64,000 nucleotides of DNA from contig CDMY01000322.1 in the NCBI GenBank assembly GCA_001179505.1, forward strand, positions 1 through 64,000, given 5' to 3'. The translations under genes and the position numbers were made by a program. The stretch's first letter is position 1. Every line of letters begins with the position of its first letter. The notes below the pieces were generated by a model. The model did not search any database. It saw only the letters and a list, made by a program, of their open reading frames with translations, and was not told the origin of the DNA. Below, piece by piece: positions 37,549-50,600 of the stretch. This DNA comes from Vitrella brassicaformis CCMP3155 (taxonomy: Eukaryota > Protista > Chromerida).

Positions 37549-38995
37549 CTCGGCGGCAAGGTGTGCATCGGTGGCGGCCGCCTGTGGCTGGGGTATGGGG
37601 AGAGGATGCACGGCCGTCTGTGGCTGGGGTATGGGGATGATGGGCGGCCGGCTGGCGACCTGCGCAGCTGTCTCCAGTGGGTGTGGAGAGATGAGCTGCC
37701 CGACGACAAGTCATACGTGGGCAGCATCAGCGAGCAGAGACGGACCACGTTAGCCGCCGGCATCGCCAAGATCGACGTGCCGCATGGCGAGCAGTGCGTG
37801 CAGGTCGCCGGCGCAGAGGGGGTGGTGAAGGACCGCAATGGAGCGACGCCTGGCAAGGTAGCCATCGGTGGCGGCCGTCTGTGGCCGGGGATGGGCAAGG
37901 GGCGGCCGGCTGGCGACCTCCACCGCTGCTGTCAGTTTGTGGAGGGGAGTGAGCTGCCCGACGACAAGACGTACGTGGGTGACATCGAAGCGGAGGGAGT
38001 GGCCACCCTTGCTGCCAGACACTGGTTCACCGCCCAGCGACTTGAGGTGTACCAGGTCAGACCGACACGTCAAGTGGACGGACGTCATCATGTCGATGTG
38101 ACGTGTGTGTCCATGTGTCGATGTGTGTGTCTGTTTAGGTGTGGAGCACTCTCCCGGCTGACCCCATCCTCCCCGCTGATGACCTGCAGGCCCTCATCGA
38201 CATGACACGCGGCGTTGGGATGACCGCCCAGCTGCTCCACAAGTGGGTCAGCCAGTGATTAGCGTCGAAGCTGTCGTATCAGCATGGCACTGTGTATCTC
38301 TCTCCTGTCTGTCCGGCTGTGTCAGGGGCGAGCGTGACGGCTGGGCAAACGAGACGATGCTGGCCAAGGCGGGCGGGGCGGCCGACCTGCTGCTGGTGGC
38401 CAAGGACACCGGCAGCCACACATTCGCCACCCACATCGAGGGACGGCTCAAGCAGCCAGCCGACCCCTTTGACATTAAGACGACATGCTGCCCCGTGACC
38501 TTCTACTCCATCAGCGGCGCCTTCGAGGAGGGCGGCATCACCAAGGTCACCGTGCCGCGCACCTATGCCGACCACGGTGTGACGGTCGTCGACACAGAGG
38601 TGGAGCTGGTGGGCACAATGGGCAGCAAGGGCACGGCTGGCAAGGTGTGCATCGGTGGGCACCGGCTGTGGCTGGGGCTTGGGGGTCATAGGGAGCCGGC
38701 AAGCGACCTCCGCAGCTGCTGTCAGTTGGTGGGGAGGGATGAGCTGCCCGACGACAAGACGTACGTGGGCAGCATCAACAAGGAGGGATGGGCCACGTTA
38801 GCCGCCAGCCACTGCTTCACGTGTGTCGATTTGGAGATCTACACGCTGCAGGTCAGAGGGGCCAGCGGGAGGAGGGGGGCACATGAGTGTTTTGATTCCG
38901 TTGCCCTCCTGTTTCTGTCTGTGTGTGTGCAGGTGCCGGATGGCTGGCAGTGGCTGAGTGCGGTGGCCGATATCATTCTCGGCCAGTCGACATGA
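37549..38995 (+). CDS. 3' half of a BTB-TLDc gene (TLDc-A end, linker, TLDc-B, last exon); probably the true continuation of copy 1
   Basis: First 950 bp are identical to 21523-22472. The sequence then continues with unique TLDc-B sequence to VPDGWQWLSAVADIILGQST-TGA. Confidence 0.8.
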
Positions 38996-39907
38996 GAGCT
39001 GTAGAGGGGCTGAGGGGAGCGGGGCGACTAGCCAGTGGATTAGGACAGTCGGCCAGCTGCTCGAATGTGTTCTTACAGCCTATGTTTTTGTCTAGCTAGT
39101 GCCTTTGATGGCGCGCTGTGTGAATTTCATCGCCTCGTCACATGTAGTGTGTGAGACCCACGAAGAGTGAGCCGGGGCGGGAACGAAGCCCATAGTTGCA
39201 CGGATAGCACTGTGTGGCTTGCTGACTGTCTCGATGACGCACGCAGATTCGATAGCGTTTGATGGCAGATTGACAGAGATCCCAACATAGTCGTTGAGAT
39301 AGACAGACAGACAGACCGTCTATCCATCCATCCGTCCCCTGAGACAGACGTGTGTCTCTCGTTTACTTCTCCGCAGACGCCATGCAGCTACCATACACAG
39401 CGAGTCCTGGAAAACTGGTCAACGACGTTAAAATAAGTGTGCAGCGTCTGTTCATAGGGCAATCTGCCAGCGTCAGAGAGAGCCCTCCATGCTTAATACA
39501 GAGTTTCATTTGTCCCGAGTGGCTTGGACTGTAACGGAAACAGTGCGCTACCGTCCGATCCAGTCAAAACATTAAGAGGGAGAGCATCATGAGCTCATGA
39601 CACAATACAATACAATGACAGAACACAGCCTTGCTCCCACAGCCTCTCAAGCGCTTGCCGATCTGGCGCCCGTCCATGCCTGCATCACGAAGGACATCTT
39701 GCCCAACACGCCGATGAGTCCTCGGCCCCGTCGACAGGACCAGCACCCGTCGGCGAGTGTGAGCTCATGACTACCATGATGCAGGCACGACTTCTGCTCA
39801 TCCATCCATTGCTCACAGATGCATGCCACCACTCACAGCAGTCATGACGGAAAAATCTAGAGCCACTCAGTAGGTAAGTACAGCAAACCAGCCAATCAGT
39901 GAGTCGG

Positions 39908-40470
39908 CTAGAAGTAAGGGTTGATCTTCCTGACGCCCTCGTCGGCCCTCTCAAAGAGCTTCTTGTAAGTAGACTCCTCGCCCTTGGGCTGCACCACCAG
40001 CAGCACAGAGGCCGGTCGCTTGGACTTGGCGGCGCTGCCCAGCAGCCGACGCGAGGGGACGAAGCAGTAGGGGACGTCCTTCTTCTCACACAGGATGGGC
40101 AGGTGCGCCACGATGTCGACGGGAAACACATCAGCAGCGAGAAACACAACACCCTGACAGACACACACACTCAGCCGACACACGCACACGCATACAGAGG
40201 ACAGGCGATGAGTGCATTCACCAGCAACGTCGTTCGTGCATATATCCCGTCGCTCACCTTGGTGTCTTTGCGTATGGCCTTGGTGACCTCGGCCACGCCC
40301 CTCCGGAGTGATTTCTTCTCGCCGGCGGCCTTCCTCAGCAGCTTGAGGGACCGCTCCAGCAGTTTGGAGTTGATGTCGAGCAGCGGCTGGGCGATGGGCG
40401 AGATGAACGGCGACGACATGTCCTCATCGCCGCCAAAGGCGTCGTCAGCACCGCGAGCCTCGTCATCCAT
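39908..40470 (-). CDS. NHP2: H/ACA snoRNP subunit NHP2 (L7Ae family)
   Basis: FISPIAQPL..LRRGVAEVTKAIRK-GVVFLAADVFPVDIVAHLPILCEKKDVPYCFVPSRRLLGSAA; 2 exons. Confidence 0.92.
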
Positions 40471-40633
40471 GATCTGATCTTGGGCTTGTTAGTCAGATGC
40501 AGTCAGTCAATTCGCCTTTGAACGGACCAGAGCGACGGCCTCAAGAGGTACCAAAAGCGGATCTCTTTCATTTCTCGACTCGCAAAAGGTCGAGCTCGCA
40601 AGTGAGTCGAGAAGAAGAGGACTTGGTTGATAG
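40471..40633. promoter_or_regulatory. Probable compact bidirectional promoter between NHP2 and the HRD1-like gene
   Basis: Only about 163 bp between two divergent start codons (inference from arrangement only). Confidence 0.5.
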
Positions 40634-43600
40634 ATGTTGGCGCTGTACAGTGTTCTCACGTACGGGTCCTTCTACATATCGCTCCACAGACACGACTCCC
40701 TCACAGAGTGGATCAACGCAGAATGGTCGGTGGGCAGCACAAGAGAGGCAACAGCTGAGGCAGAACCACCGTCTGGACCTACATCTACTGCTGGTGTTTT
40801 GTGTGTGCCGTGTGTTTGGTGTTTGTGTGGCGCAGGACGCTGCTGGTGCTGCTGAACGTGCAGGTCAACACGTGCCTGCTGATCTTCCAAATCGCAAACA
40901 AACTCTTCCTCGGTACGCAGGACGCACAGCACACACAGGAGTGACTGAATCTGCATGATAGCGGTGCTCTTGCCGTCAGGCGGCATCCGGCCGTACGAGC
41001 GCAAGAAGATCGTTGAGAAGTCCATGAGCTACGTGGTGAGTGAGTGCGTCAGAGTGCGTCAGCTGGCCATCATACGGATGACACCCACGACGGATGGACC
41101 TTTGGTTTGCTGTTGGTCAGATGTGGCGGGTTTTGTTCATCGTCTACATGACCAATTTCTACCGGAAGGAGATGCTCATGTACCTCATCTGGTGCACCGT
41201 GCCGGCGTTCCTGCGCAACTCGCTGGAACTCATCAAAAGTAGGCGACAGCTCATCGGACACTCAGCAGCCAGCCATGAGCTGTCCATCTCATCTGTGTGT
41301 GTGTGTGTGTATGTGCGTGTGTGCTGGCTGGCAGGTCGGTTATTGAATCCCCCCGAGCACGCCACCGAGAAGCCATATAGGCGGCTGGTGGCCCTGCTGG
41401 CCTACTGGCTGTGTGTGGTCACGTGTGCGGCCCTGTGGATCATGCTGTCGAGGGTGCTGCTCTTCGATGTGGCCATTCCACTACAGCTCTGCCTCATCTA
41501 CGAGGTGAGCAGCCACACACGCGGATATAAAGAGGCCAACGATGTCATGATCTCATTCTGCCTGCCTTGTTGTGTCCATTCAGCCTGCCCTGGTGCTGCT
41601 GAGGTCGGCATCGGTGGGCTTCCAGGTCGTAATGCACTGCATCGACACGCAGGCACAGCAGAACAAGTGAGTGTGGGAGGCGGGGAGGGGGGGAGGGAGG
41701 GAGGGAGGGGAAGCAGCCATAAGTTTGCCGCGTCCCAAATTGGTCGGCTTTATGTGGACATCAATCGACTGACTGACCGCCGCACGACGCGAAGAGGGAG
41801 TGTTCGGGGGTCCATCAAGAGGGCTGCTCTCACACACACGCGATGGCAGCACCTAGAAGCTGACTCCTACACTCACATATATACGCTGCATCATCGACAG
41901 TGCATTGTCATGTGCCATTAATTCATTTGATATCGTCTGATGTGTAATGTGTGTTGTGTGTGTTGTGTGTGTCGTACGTGTGTGTGTCAGGTACACGTCG
42001 ATTTTCACGGTGAAGATGGTGGTTGAGCTGCTGATCAACGGCCTCATGGCGGCCCACGACATGTTCCTCTGGGCGGTCTTCGGCTCCTACTCAGCCATGG
42101 ATATATTCATCATGTGTAAGTAACCACAGCCACCTGAGAGAGCCGTGCAGACTCACACAGAGAGAGAGCCCAAGCAGACAGATCTTGGTAGGTACTTGCC
42201 TGGTGTGGCGTCTGGCGTGTATGCTCGCTGCAGGCTCTCTGCGGATATCAATCATGGCGCTGAGGCGACAAGTCAGTCAGCTGCCACGCCACACAGCCAG
42301 GCAGATGGACTCAGAGGCCGCTACAAAGGTTTGAATGCCTTATCACCTATGTGTGTGTGTGTGTGATGCAGTACAAGCGGCTGCGCAACTTTCGTGTGGT
42401 GAGCAGTCTGTTGGAGAAGAGCTTCCCACCGGCCACTGCGGACGAGATCAAGAGCCCCAACGAAATTTGCGTCATCTGCAGAGACGTAGGCACTGCACTG
42501 CACACAACCGAGCGACAGACAGGACAGCCTGTAGGGCAGGGAACGTGTTGGCGCTTCCCTATCTATCTGCAGACCATGAGCTCGGCGAGGAGGCTCCCGT
42601 GCGGCCACGTCTTTCACCTGTGAGTGAGAGGAGGACTCCTTCCCAGAATGAACACACAGTGCCACCCAGGACTGGTCCAATGGTCAACTTGTGCTGTGCT
42701 TGCTGGTGCTGTGGTTGTCTTGTCTTGTCTCAGGCACTGTCTGCGTCAGTGGCTGGAGAATGAGATCACATGCCCAATCTGCAGGGCCACCCTTCTGTCA
42801 GGCGATGACGCAAGGTCAGACAGACATGCACCAGAACAAACAGGGGAACAGCAGCCAGCATCAATCCATCGGTTGCTGTCTGTCAAATCAATCAGGTTGC
42901 TGTCCGACCACACACGAGCTCGCCGTCACGCCCCAGCTGGCGTGCACGTGCCGCCCCCAGACCCGCTCTTCCCCATGCCGCCGTTCGTCACACAGCAGCA
43001 GGGTGGCAACCAGGGTGGACAAACTAACAACAGGCCACCGGCGGCAGCGGCAGCACCACTGCCTAGAGGCAAGCTGACGAGAGGACGAGACAACGGATCC
43101 ACAGTCACATGACATACATCATTGCAATGTCTTGTGCGTGCGTGTGCGTGTGCAGTCCGGTTGGCGGTGTCCGTGGGCCGCCCCAATGGCGAGCGGGGCC
43201 TGCGGCTCTCGACAACCACAACTGTGCCGATTGACGCGGGCCAAAGGGGCACCACACAGGAGGCCGCCAACGGTCAGACAACGATGAATGGCGGAGGGGA
43301 CGGGCAGCCACCACAGCAGCAGCAGCAGCAGCAGGCGGCACCACAGCCGGCGCAGAGGCGGGTCATCACACGGGCCATTCATTTTACCATACCAGGTGCG
43401 GGCACATCGATGTAAGACATGCATCGCATCGACGGCTGAGTCGTATGCCATGTGATGTCTGTCTGTCTGTCTGTGTCCATAAATGTCAGCCCCCCATCGT
43501 GTGGAGCGCTTCTTCACCCTGGTGTCCTTCCACGTCATCCGACTCGTGGTAAGCAAGCAGCTGGCCAGCCAGGCCAGCCAACCAGCAATTGTGTCGACAT

Positions 43601-44008
43601 ATGTGTGTATGCCCTGCTCAGTTTTATTTTGTGTACTACGTCTCCCGCCTCTTTTCGGCGGCCGCAATCAACGAAGCCCCCCTGCTGCCGCCTGACCTCA
43701 CCAACTTGATCAACCAGCCACCGCCCACCGCCCCCACGACGCAGGACACGGGCCCAGCGGCACAGCAGCCAACACAGAACGGACACACCACCAACGGCCC
43801 TTCGACAGCCGAGCAGGAGACTCAGCCACTACACACAGACCAAGAGAGCATCGCTGCTGCTGGTGTTGGTGCTGATGGTTTGTCGCTATTGGGTGGCGAG
43901 GCTGCCGGTGCTGCTGGTGCTGCTGGAGATGAGGACTCATCGCAGGTGCGGTCGCGTGTGGGCCTGGTGCCGCCCACCGGGGACAGGGGGGAGGAGGCAA
44001 TCGATTGA
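40634..44008 (+). CDS. Polytopic RING-H2 E3 ubiquitin ligase (HRD1/gp78-like, ERAD)
   Basis: Several hydrophobic exons (LFLGGIRPYERKKIVEK), then CVICRD-..[27 protein letters not shown], then a P/Q-rich tail. Confidence 0.85.
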
Positions 44009-44700
44009 GGGCCAGAGCCACCTATCTAGCGTCTCAGTCAGCAAAAGGGCAGACATACAGAGGACGGGACGGGACACTGGGCGGACGGGAGGGACGTATC
44101 GAGAGTATTTGTTTTGACGCTGGCTGACATGCATGACACGGGATGAGTCAACGGGATGGGAATGGGGATGGGGGTCGTGGCTTTTTGACGAGCTCAGAGT
44201 GCATCCACGTCAATGCATGTCATGCATTCAGCCGGTACGTTGGTTGATACGATCGATGGATGTGTGATGTGTGCGACTGACTTGTCTGCATGAGGGCGGT
44301 GAGACATGAATGACATCATCCGTTCAAACGAGTCCCGCAACTAACGCAGGCGATTCTCTGGCGGAATATATAAGCAGGTGTGAGCGTAATCAGTGCCTAT
44401 CTCATGCACACACACACACACACACGGGAAATCTATGTTGTCCATTGATTGTACACCGAAACGCCGCACGCACCGCGGAAAGACAGAGAGAGGAGAACAC
44501 GCAGGCCATCTCAGAGACTCATTGTCTGCCCGCCCCACCAACCAAGAGAAGAGACACTATGTCTGTCTGTCTGTCTGTCTGTGTGAGAAGGACATAGCGT
44601 CTAGCCAGCCACCCACCCAAGACATGTCATGTATGTAAACGCAAAGGCGCAAAGGCGCAAAGGCAGTGAGTGTGTAAGAAAAATGGCCCTCACGCATGGT

Positions 44701-47294
44701 TTAGTCCTCGTCCATGTCGTCGTCGTCTTCTTCATCATCTTCATCGTCCTCCTCCTCATCGTCGTATCTCATGTGCAGTTTGCCCTTCTGCGTGTCGCTC
44801 ATCTTGATCTGGAGACAACAGACAGACAGACAGACAGACAGAAAGGCAGATGGAGATAGACGGCAGGTCACGGCTATGTCCTCGATAGACACGTACCATG
44901 CCCGTTGCCTTCCTCTCCCGCAGCTTCTTGGACCGCTTCGATTTCCGGTCGGAACGACCGAACTCCTCGTCCTCCTGCAGACAAACACGGAGACACACAT
45001 TCGTATGACCGCAAGTTAGTTGGTTGTGTGTGGGTGGGTCTGATGCTCACATCTTCATCCTCGATGTCGGTGTCGTGTCCAGTGAAGCCCACTCCCCTAT
45101 TGTTGGGCGAGTCGTCTTCCTCTCCGAACTCCTGCGACTGCTGGCCAGGAGTGTTGGGCTCGCTGTCGGCAGTCAGCAGCTTCTGCTGGGAGGCACTCAT
45201 TTTGATCTGTCCAGTGGGCCGGCGCGCGAAGAGCTTGGCCTTCCTTTCTGCTGCCCTTTTGCGAGAGTGGAAATGAACTTCGTCATCGGTTTCTTCGTCC
45301 TTGACCCTGCTGTCGAATTTGATGCGACCAACAGCCTGAGGCACTTCAGGCAAGTCATCCTCTTCGTCATCGTCTGGGCCGCCAAACTCCGATGGTGCCT
45401 CGCTGTCGCCAGCGTCGATGAGGGCCTTTTGCTGGGCCGGGGTGAGCTTCAGCTGACCAGTGGCCTGTAAGTAAAAGCGAAGAGGCGACAACCGATGTGT
45501 GTGTTCGGATGAGTTTGGTGGTCGTGCCGTAGTACTTTTCTGGCGAGGAGTTTGGTGTGTCTGGCTGTTTTCCTGTGTCTCTCGTTGAACGTATCATCGT
45601 CATCGTCTTCGACGTCGGTGTCATGTCCAGTGAAGGCCACGCCCTTCTTGTCACCTTCCTCCTCCTCCATGGCGAACCTCGCCGCCGTCGCCGGGAGTCG
45701 GAGGCTCGCCGCCCCACCTTTACCCTTGGCCTTTTGGCTACGGGCCGGGGCCGACTCCTCATCGTCAGCATCGCCATCCCACCACTCCTGTGGTTCATCC
45801 TGTCCGGGCGTGCTGGGCTCGCTATCAGCCGTCAGCAGCTTCTGCTGCGATGAAGTCATTTTGATCTGTCCGGTGGGCCGCCTCGCGCCAAGCTTGGCTT
45901 TCCTCTCCGCCGCTCTTTTGCGGCTGTGGAAATGAGCTTCGTCATCGGTTTCTTCGTCCTTGACCCTGCTGTCGAACTTGATGCGGCCGACGGCTTGCGG
46001 CACCTCAGGCAAGTCATCCTCCTCGTCCTCGTCTGGGTTGCCAAACTCCGATGGTGCCTCGCTGTCGCCAGCGTCGATGAGGGCCTTCTGCTGGGCCGGG
46101 GTGAGCTTCAGCTGACCAGTGGCCTGTAAATAAGGACGAAGACAGCAAAAAGTTTTGTGGTGAGGAGTTTCTGTTCTCTCAGGGATCGTGCTGCAGTACT
46201 TTTCTGGCGAGGAGTTTGGTGTGTCTGGCTGTTTTCCTGTGTCTCTCGTCGAAGGTATCATCGTCATTGTCGTCGACGTCCGTGTCGTGTCCGCTGAAAT
46301 TGACGTGTCCATGTGCCTTGGGGCTGATGGGGGACTCCTCGCCTGAGAAGACGATGAGACCGCTGCGAGTATCTCGGACACTGCATGAAATACCGCCCAC
46401 CTATGTCCATATGGTCCTCGTCAGTTTCATCCTCTACGTCTTTGCCCAGGGTTATCGGACCTGAATGCAATGCGCATCACCACATGCACATACCAGAGCC
46501 GGCGAGCCCTCAGTGATGCTCACCGGTCTTTTTCCTCTGCAGGAGTTTCTGCTTCCTCTTGACCCTCCTGCCTGTGTCATTGAATCCTTCGTCGGCATCT
46601 CCTTCCTCTACCACCTTGCCGCTGAACTTGACCCCTCCACTCTCCCTCACCGCACCCGGCAAAGGCGTCTCGCCGTCGCCGCCAGACGTCATCATGGGGT
46701 GGGTGAGCACCGACGGGTCCTCCACCAGGCCGGCTTTGTCCTTCTTGTCGATGACGATGCTGTCGAGATCACCCAGGGGAGGCGCCGACCTGGCGTTGGG
46801 TGTGTTGAGATTGCTGATCGGCGAGCCGACCTTGGCCGAGGGGCCCTTTGACGAGATGCGGAGGGCTGATTTGGGGGGAGACATGACACTGCCAGGCTGC
46901 TTCTTGACGGGAGCTGACGTGGATAGACGGAGAGACCACATGGACGTGAGGGCGAGGAAGCGCTTTTGTTCTGTGCGTTTATACCTTCTAGCTCTTCGCG
47001 GTCGAGCTGTCCTGAGCCCTTTTTGCTGTCGTTGGTGATGTCAAGCAGGCCCTTGCTTCCTGAACGAGACCCGACTCGAGACGCCCCTCGCGACGCCGCT
47101 GCTTCGGGAGCACAACGAAATGATGGAGGCACTAGCGCTGTCCAAGTGCTCATGTTACCGAAGCTTCTGATTCTGGACAACAAGTTGCCCTTTTCCCTGA
47201 GCTCCTGGACCTTGGCCTTGAGTCTGTCGACCATCCGCTCGCTCTTGCTGCGGCCTCGCTGGAGCTTATGCTTGTCCCTGAGCTCCTGAGTCAT
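44701..47294 (-). CDS. Acidic/basic low-complexity repeat protein with repeated V-x-F..RK/RR-x-TG modules (5' end uncertain)
   Basis: Open exons with repeated GHDTD(V/I)(E/D)D and KL(L/F)ARK/R-x-TGQ-x-K motifs; stop TAA at 44701-44703. Confidence 0.65.
45140..46298 (-). repeat. Intragenic tandem duplication, period about 660 bp (exon-intron-exon)
   Basis: ~45140-45632 versus ~45800-46298: exon parts are near-identical (ATGQLKLTPAQQKALIDAGDSEAPSEF..) while the intervening introns have diverged. Confidence 0.9.
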
Positions 47295-47629
47295 TGTCCG
47301 CGAGTCCCGAGAATCTTCCTCGTCAAGATTAGTCGTCTGATGAGAAGAAAGAAAGCGTAACACCTGTGTGCTCCGTTTTGGTGGTTGTACTGTCTTCTTG
47401 AGGATCTCCTTGTGGTGTGAGGGGCAGAAGGAGACGCGGAAGAACAGCCTGTTTTCAACAAAAGAAGGTACAGGCGCCACCTGCGTCACATGCGGGTGTC
47501 CCTCCCTTACTTTCCCGTGGGAATGATCTTCTTCTTTTTCCCTGCGCCGAGCTTGCCCAGCACCGATCCGAACGAACTGGAAGAGGATCGACATATATAC
47601 GCATTAATTACTTAGACGTCACCAACGGT

Positions 47630-50600
47630 TCACTTGCTGGCGTACATCCGCCTTTGCAGGCTTTGCAGGGCACTGAGTGAGCGTTGAGCGGTGGAGAGCA
47701 GGATGGGCTTCACAAGACTCTCGGAGGACACCATCTGTATGACAGAAGGTGCCAGCATTGTCAGAGCCGCAATTAATGCCTTGTCTAAATAAACGTTGCT
47801 GACCCCGCTTGCAAGTGTGCGAGAGAGATTGACGCGATCGCCCTCTGCGCCCCAGTAGGTCGGACAAGCGCGGAAATAGACCTGCGAGACACAATGTACA
47901 ATCAGTGAGTGCTCCATGATCATAAATCTGGCATTCCAATCTCCGTTAGTACGTCTCCAATGACGTAGTTTTTGAGGCTGGTCCTGCCTCTGTTCCAGGG
48001 CGACAATTGTCTGGTGGGCTCGGAGGCGATGACGGTAATGCGGATCAGCAGGTCGTTGGCTATCTCGTTGCCCACGTTGGCGAACTCAACACTCTGATTC
48101 GTTCAGAAGGAAGAGAGAGCATCTCCTCTGTGTGTCTCTCCTGTGTGTCACTTGTGTGCGGCTGACCTCGTTCCACACTGGGTTGCCGTACTCGACGGCG
48201 TGGGTGACTCGCGGCCTTCGGAAGTTTGGGTGAGCCTCGTTGTCCTCCTCGTCGCCCCTACACGCACCGACACTCAGACAATCTCACGAACCAACAAGAC
48301 AGACAGTTTGAATACTGTGTCTCTGTTTGTTTACCTGCAGAGCCTCACTTCGACGAATATGGTCATGTGGCTGTGGTCCTCGTCCTGCTTTGCGCCGGGG
48401 TGGAGCTTCAGCTGTGACTTAAGCTCAGCCTTCTCCAGCTTGATGCGGAGAGTGCCGAGGGGCAAGAAGACGGGCATCTCACCGTCCTCCATTAGATTGC
48501 CTGGCAGGCAGAGAAGAGGATCACATGAATGACACACACGTCTGGAGACGCACGTGTGTTGTCTGTCTGTGCTCTTGCTTACCTGACATCCGCTTGCCCT
48601 TTCTTGCCTGTGCGCTGTCCTTGAGCGCGCGGCTCGCGTGAGCGAAGGCACTCAAGGCAGACTGATAAAGGACACCCACAAGCAATGGCACAAATCGGTG
48701 CATTCTCGCGCCTGGCTCATCCTCACCTCCATGGTGCCGCTTGTGGATTTGTGCAGCCTGAGTCTGCCTGCCTCGGGTGAGAGCCACGAGAGGTCCCACT
48801 CGCAATACAGCTGACCTAGCGAATGCACCAAGGACTCTAACACCTGACAGGCGGCCAGAGACAGACAGCAAAATCGCTGGTCCGTCCACAGGAGGCTCCC
48901 TTGTCTGTTTGTCACCTCTTGTCTTGCTTGCTGCACGTTTTGGATTGCATGCTCCTGACACAGCCAGCGAGATCAACGCCGCATCGTTCGCGACACAAAC
49001 GACGTAGGCATCCCGCACTCGCTCACTCACCGCCCAGTCGAGGCCCTCGAGCTCTTCTTGACGCGACACACGCAGTCGCGTGAACGGACACTGATTCATC
49101 AACTGCACACACACACACACCACAGATACACAAACAAAAGGTGTGTGCAACGTCAGGTCTCCCTCTCTCTCACGGACAATGATGGTCCCGGCTGTGATGG
49201 CTGCCGTGGTGCTGATTACAGCGATCACGCCGTACACCTGTTCACCCAGCAGCTCAAGAGCCTACAATGCCAGGACAGGCAAGGATGGTTGTTCTGGGGT
49301 TGTGGATGGTTGTGTCTGAGTTAATACCTCTTCCAATTCGGTCGATCCGTCGGCCACCAGCAGCCCAACCTTGACGTAGTCACCGCATCGATTCGACTGC
49401 ACACACAGACAGAGAGCCGGAGACGAATTATTGCGGAGGGTCGGCCTCGCTAGCTCTTCGACATGATAGTACCCTGGCGAAGAGCCCGACGGCCACAGCG
49501 CCCCAAATGCCTGCGGCCCCATGGATGGGCCAGGCGCTAACCACATCTGATGGGACAGACATACACACAGAGTGTGAGCAATATGTGACTGGCATATCGA
49601 CGATGCTCTTCTGTCCAACCATCAATGTGTGCCCTGCACGAAAGACACGGAAAAAAGCGATGACGAAAGGCGGGAGCCGGCATGTGTCGATTGATTCATG
49701 TGTACCAACCATGCCAAGTGTCTCCTCGACAGGAACGCGCAGAATGCACCGATCAGCCCGATAAGCAGCCCATGAGATGGAGAAAAATACGATGCGCCTG
49801 TACATTGTGTACAGCCATGCGTGTTTGAACGGCACCATCGAGCACACGACGGCGCGTCTCTCACCACTGGTGACGCTCACAAGCCCCGCCAGTATGCCCA
49901 GCGACAGGTCGGCGACTTTGAACGGCCGAAAGGTGCTGAGGACGGCGGCAGACAGGCCGCCCCCGCACGCCCCTAGCACGGTGACGGCCGCCACTCTCGA
50001 CGCAACGTACCCCAGCTCGTGGCTGAGGCCGTGGGTGGAGCCCGGAATAATGCCAAACCTGCATAGCGGGGTCGATAATCTCCAATTCTTATGTCTCAAT
50101 CAAATCATAGTGTTTCATTGGCTTTGACATACCAGCCAAACCAGAGCAGGAATGTGCCGATGAGGAGCCAGAAGGGTTGTGTGACGAGCTGCAGCGGGGG
50201 CATGCCAAGTGGCAACACGTAGCACTCGGGGTCCGGTGATCGCCGCTGCAGCACCTCGTAGATGTGGGACCCATTCCAAGGCGTGTAGTCCTAGCGAAAA
50301 AAGAAAAGAACGCTGTCTGTCTGTCTGTCTGTCTGTCTGTTGATGGCCTTGGGTACCGCGAATCGTCCCACACGCGGGCCCAGAAAGATTGTCGTGACAA
50401 GGGCTGCAGTGCCGCCAACCACATGAACCGCCGTGCCACCCTGAAGCGACACACACCAACGACATGACCAGTTACAACCATCCAGAGGCTCGTGCGCCTG
50501 CGGACCGCAAAGTCGACAAAGCCCTCTTCATTGAGCCAGCCTGAACGAGACATTATTGGCAAAAGAGTGCCTCCTGCGCTGTCAGACCCAGATACGGCTC

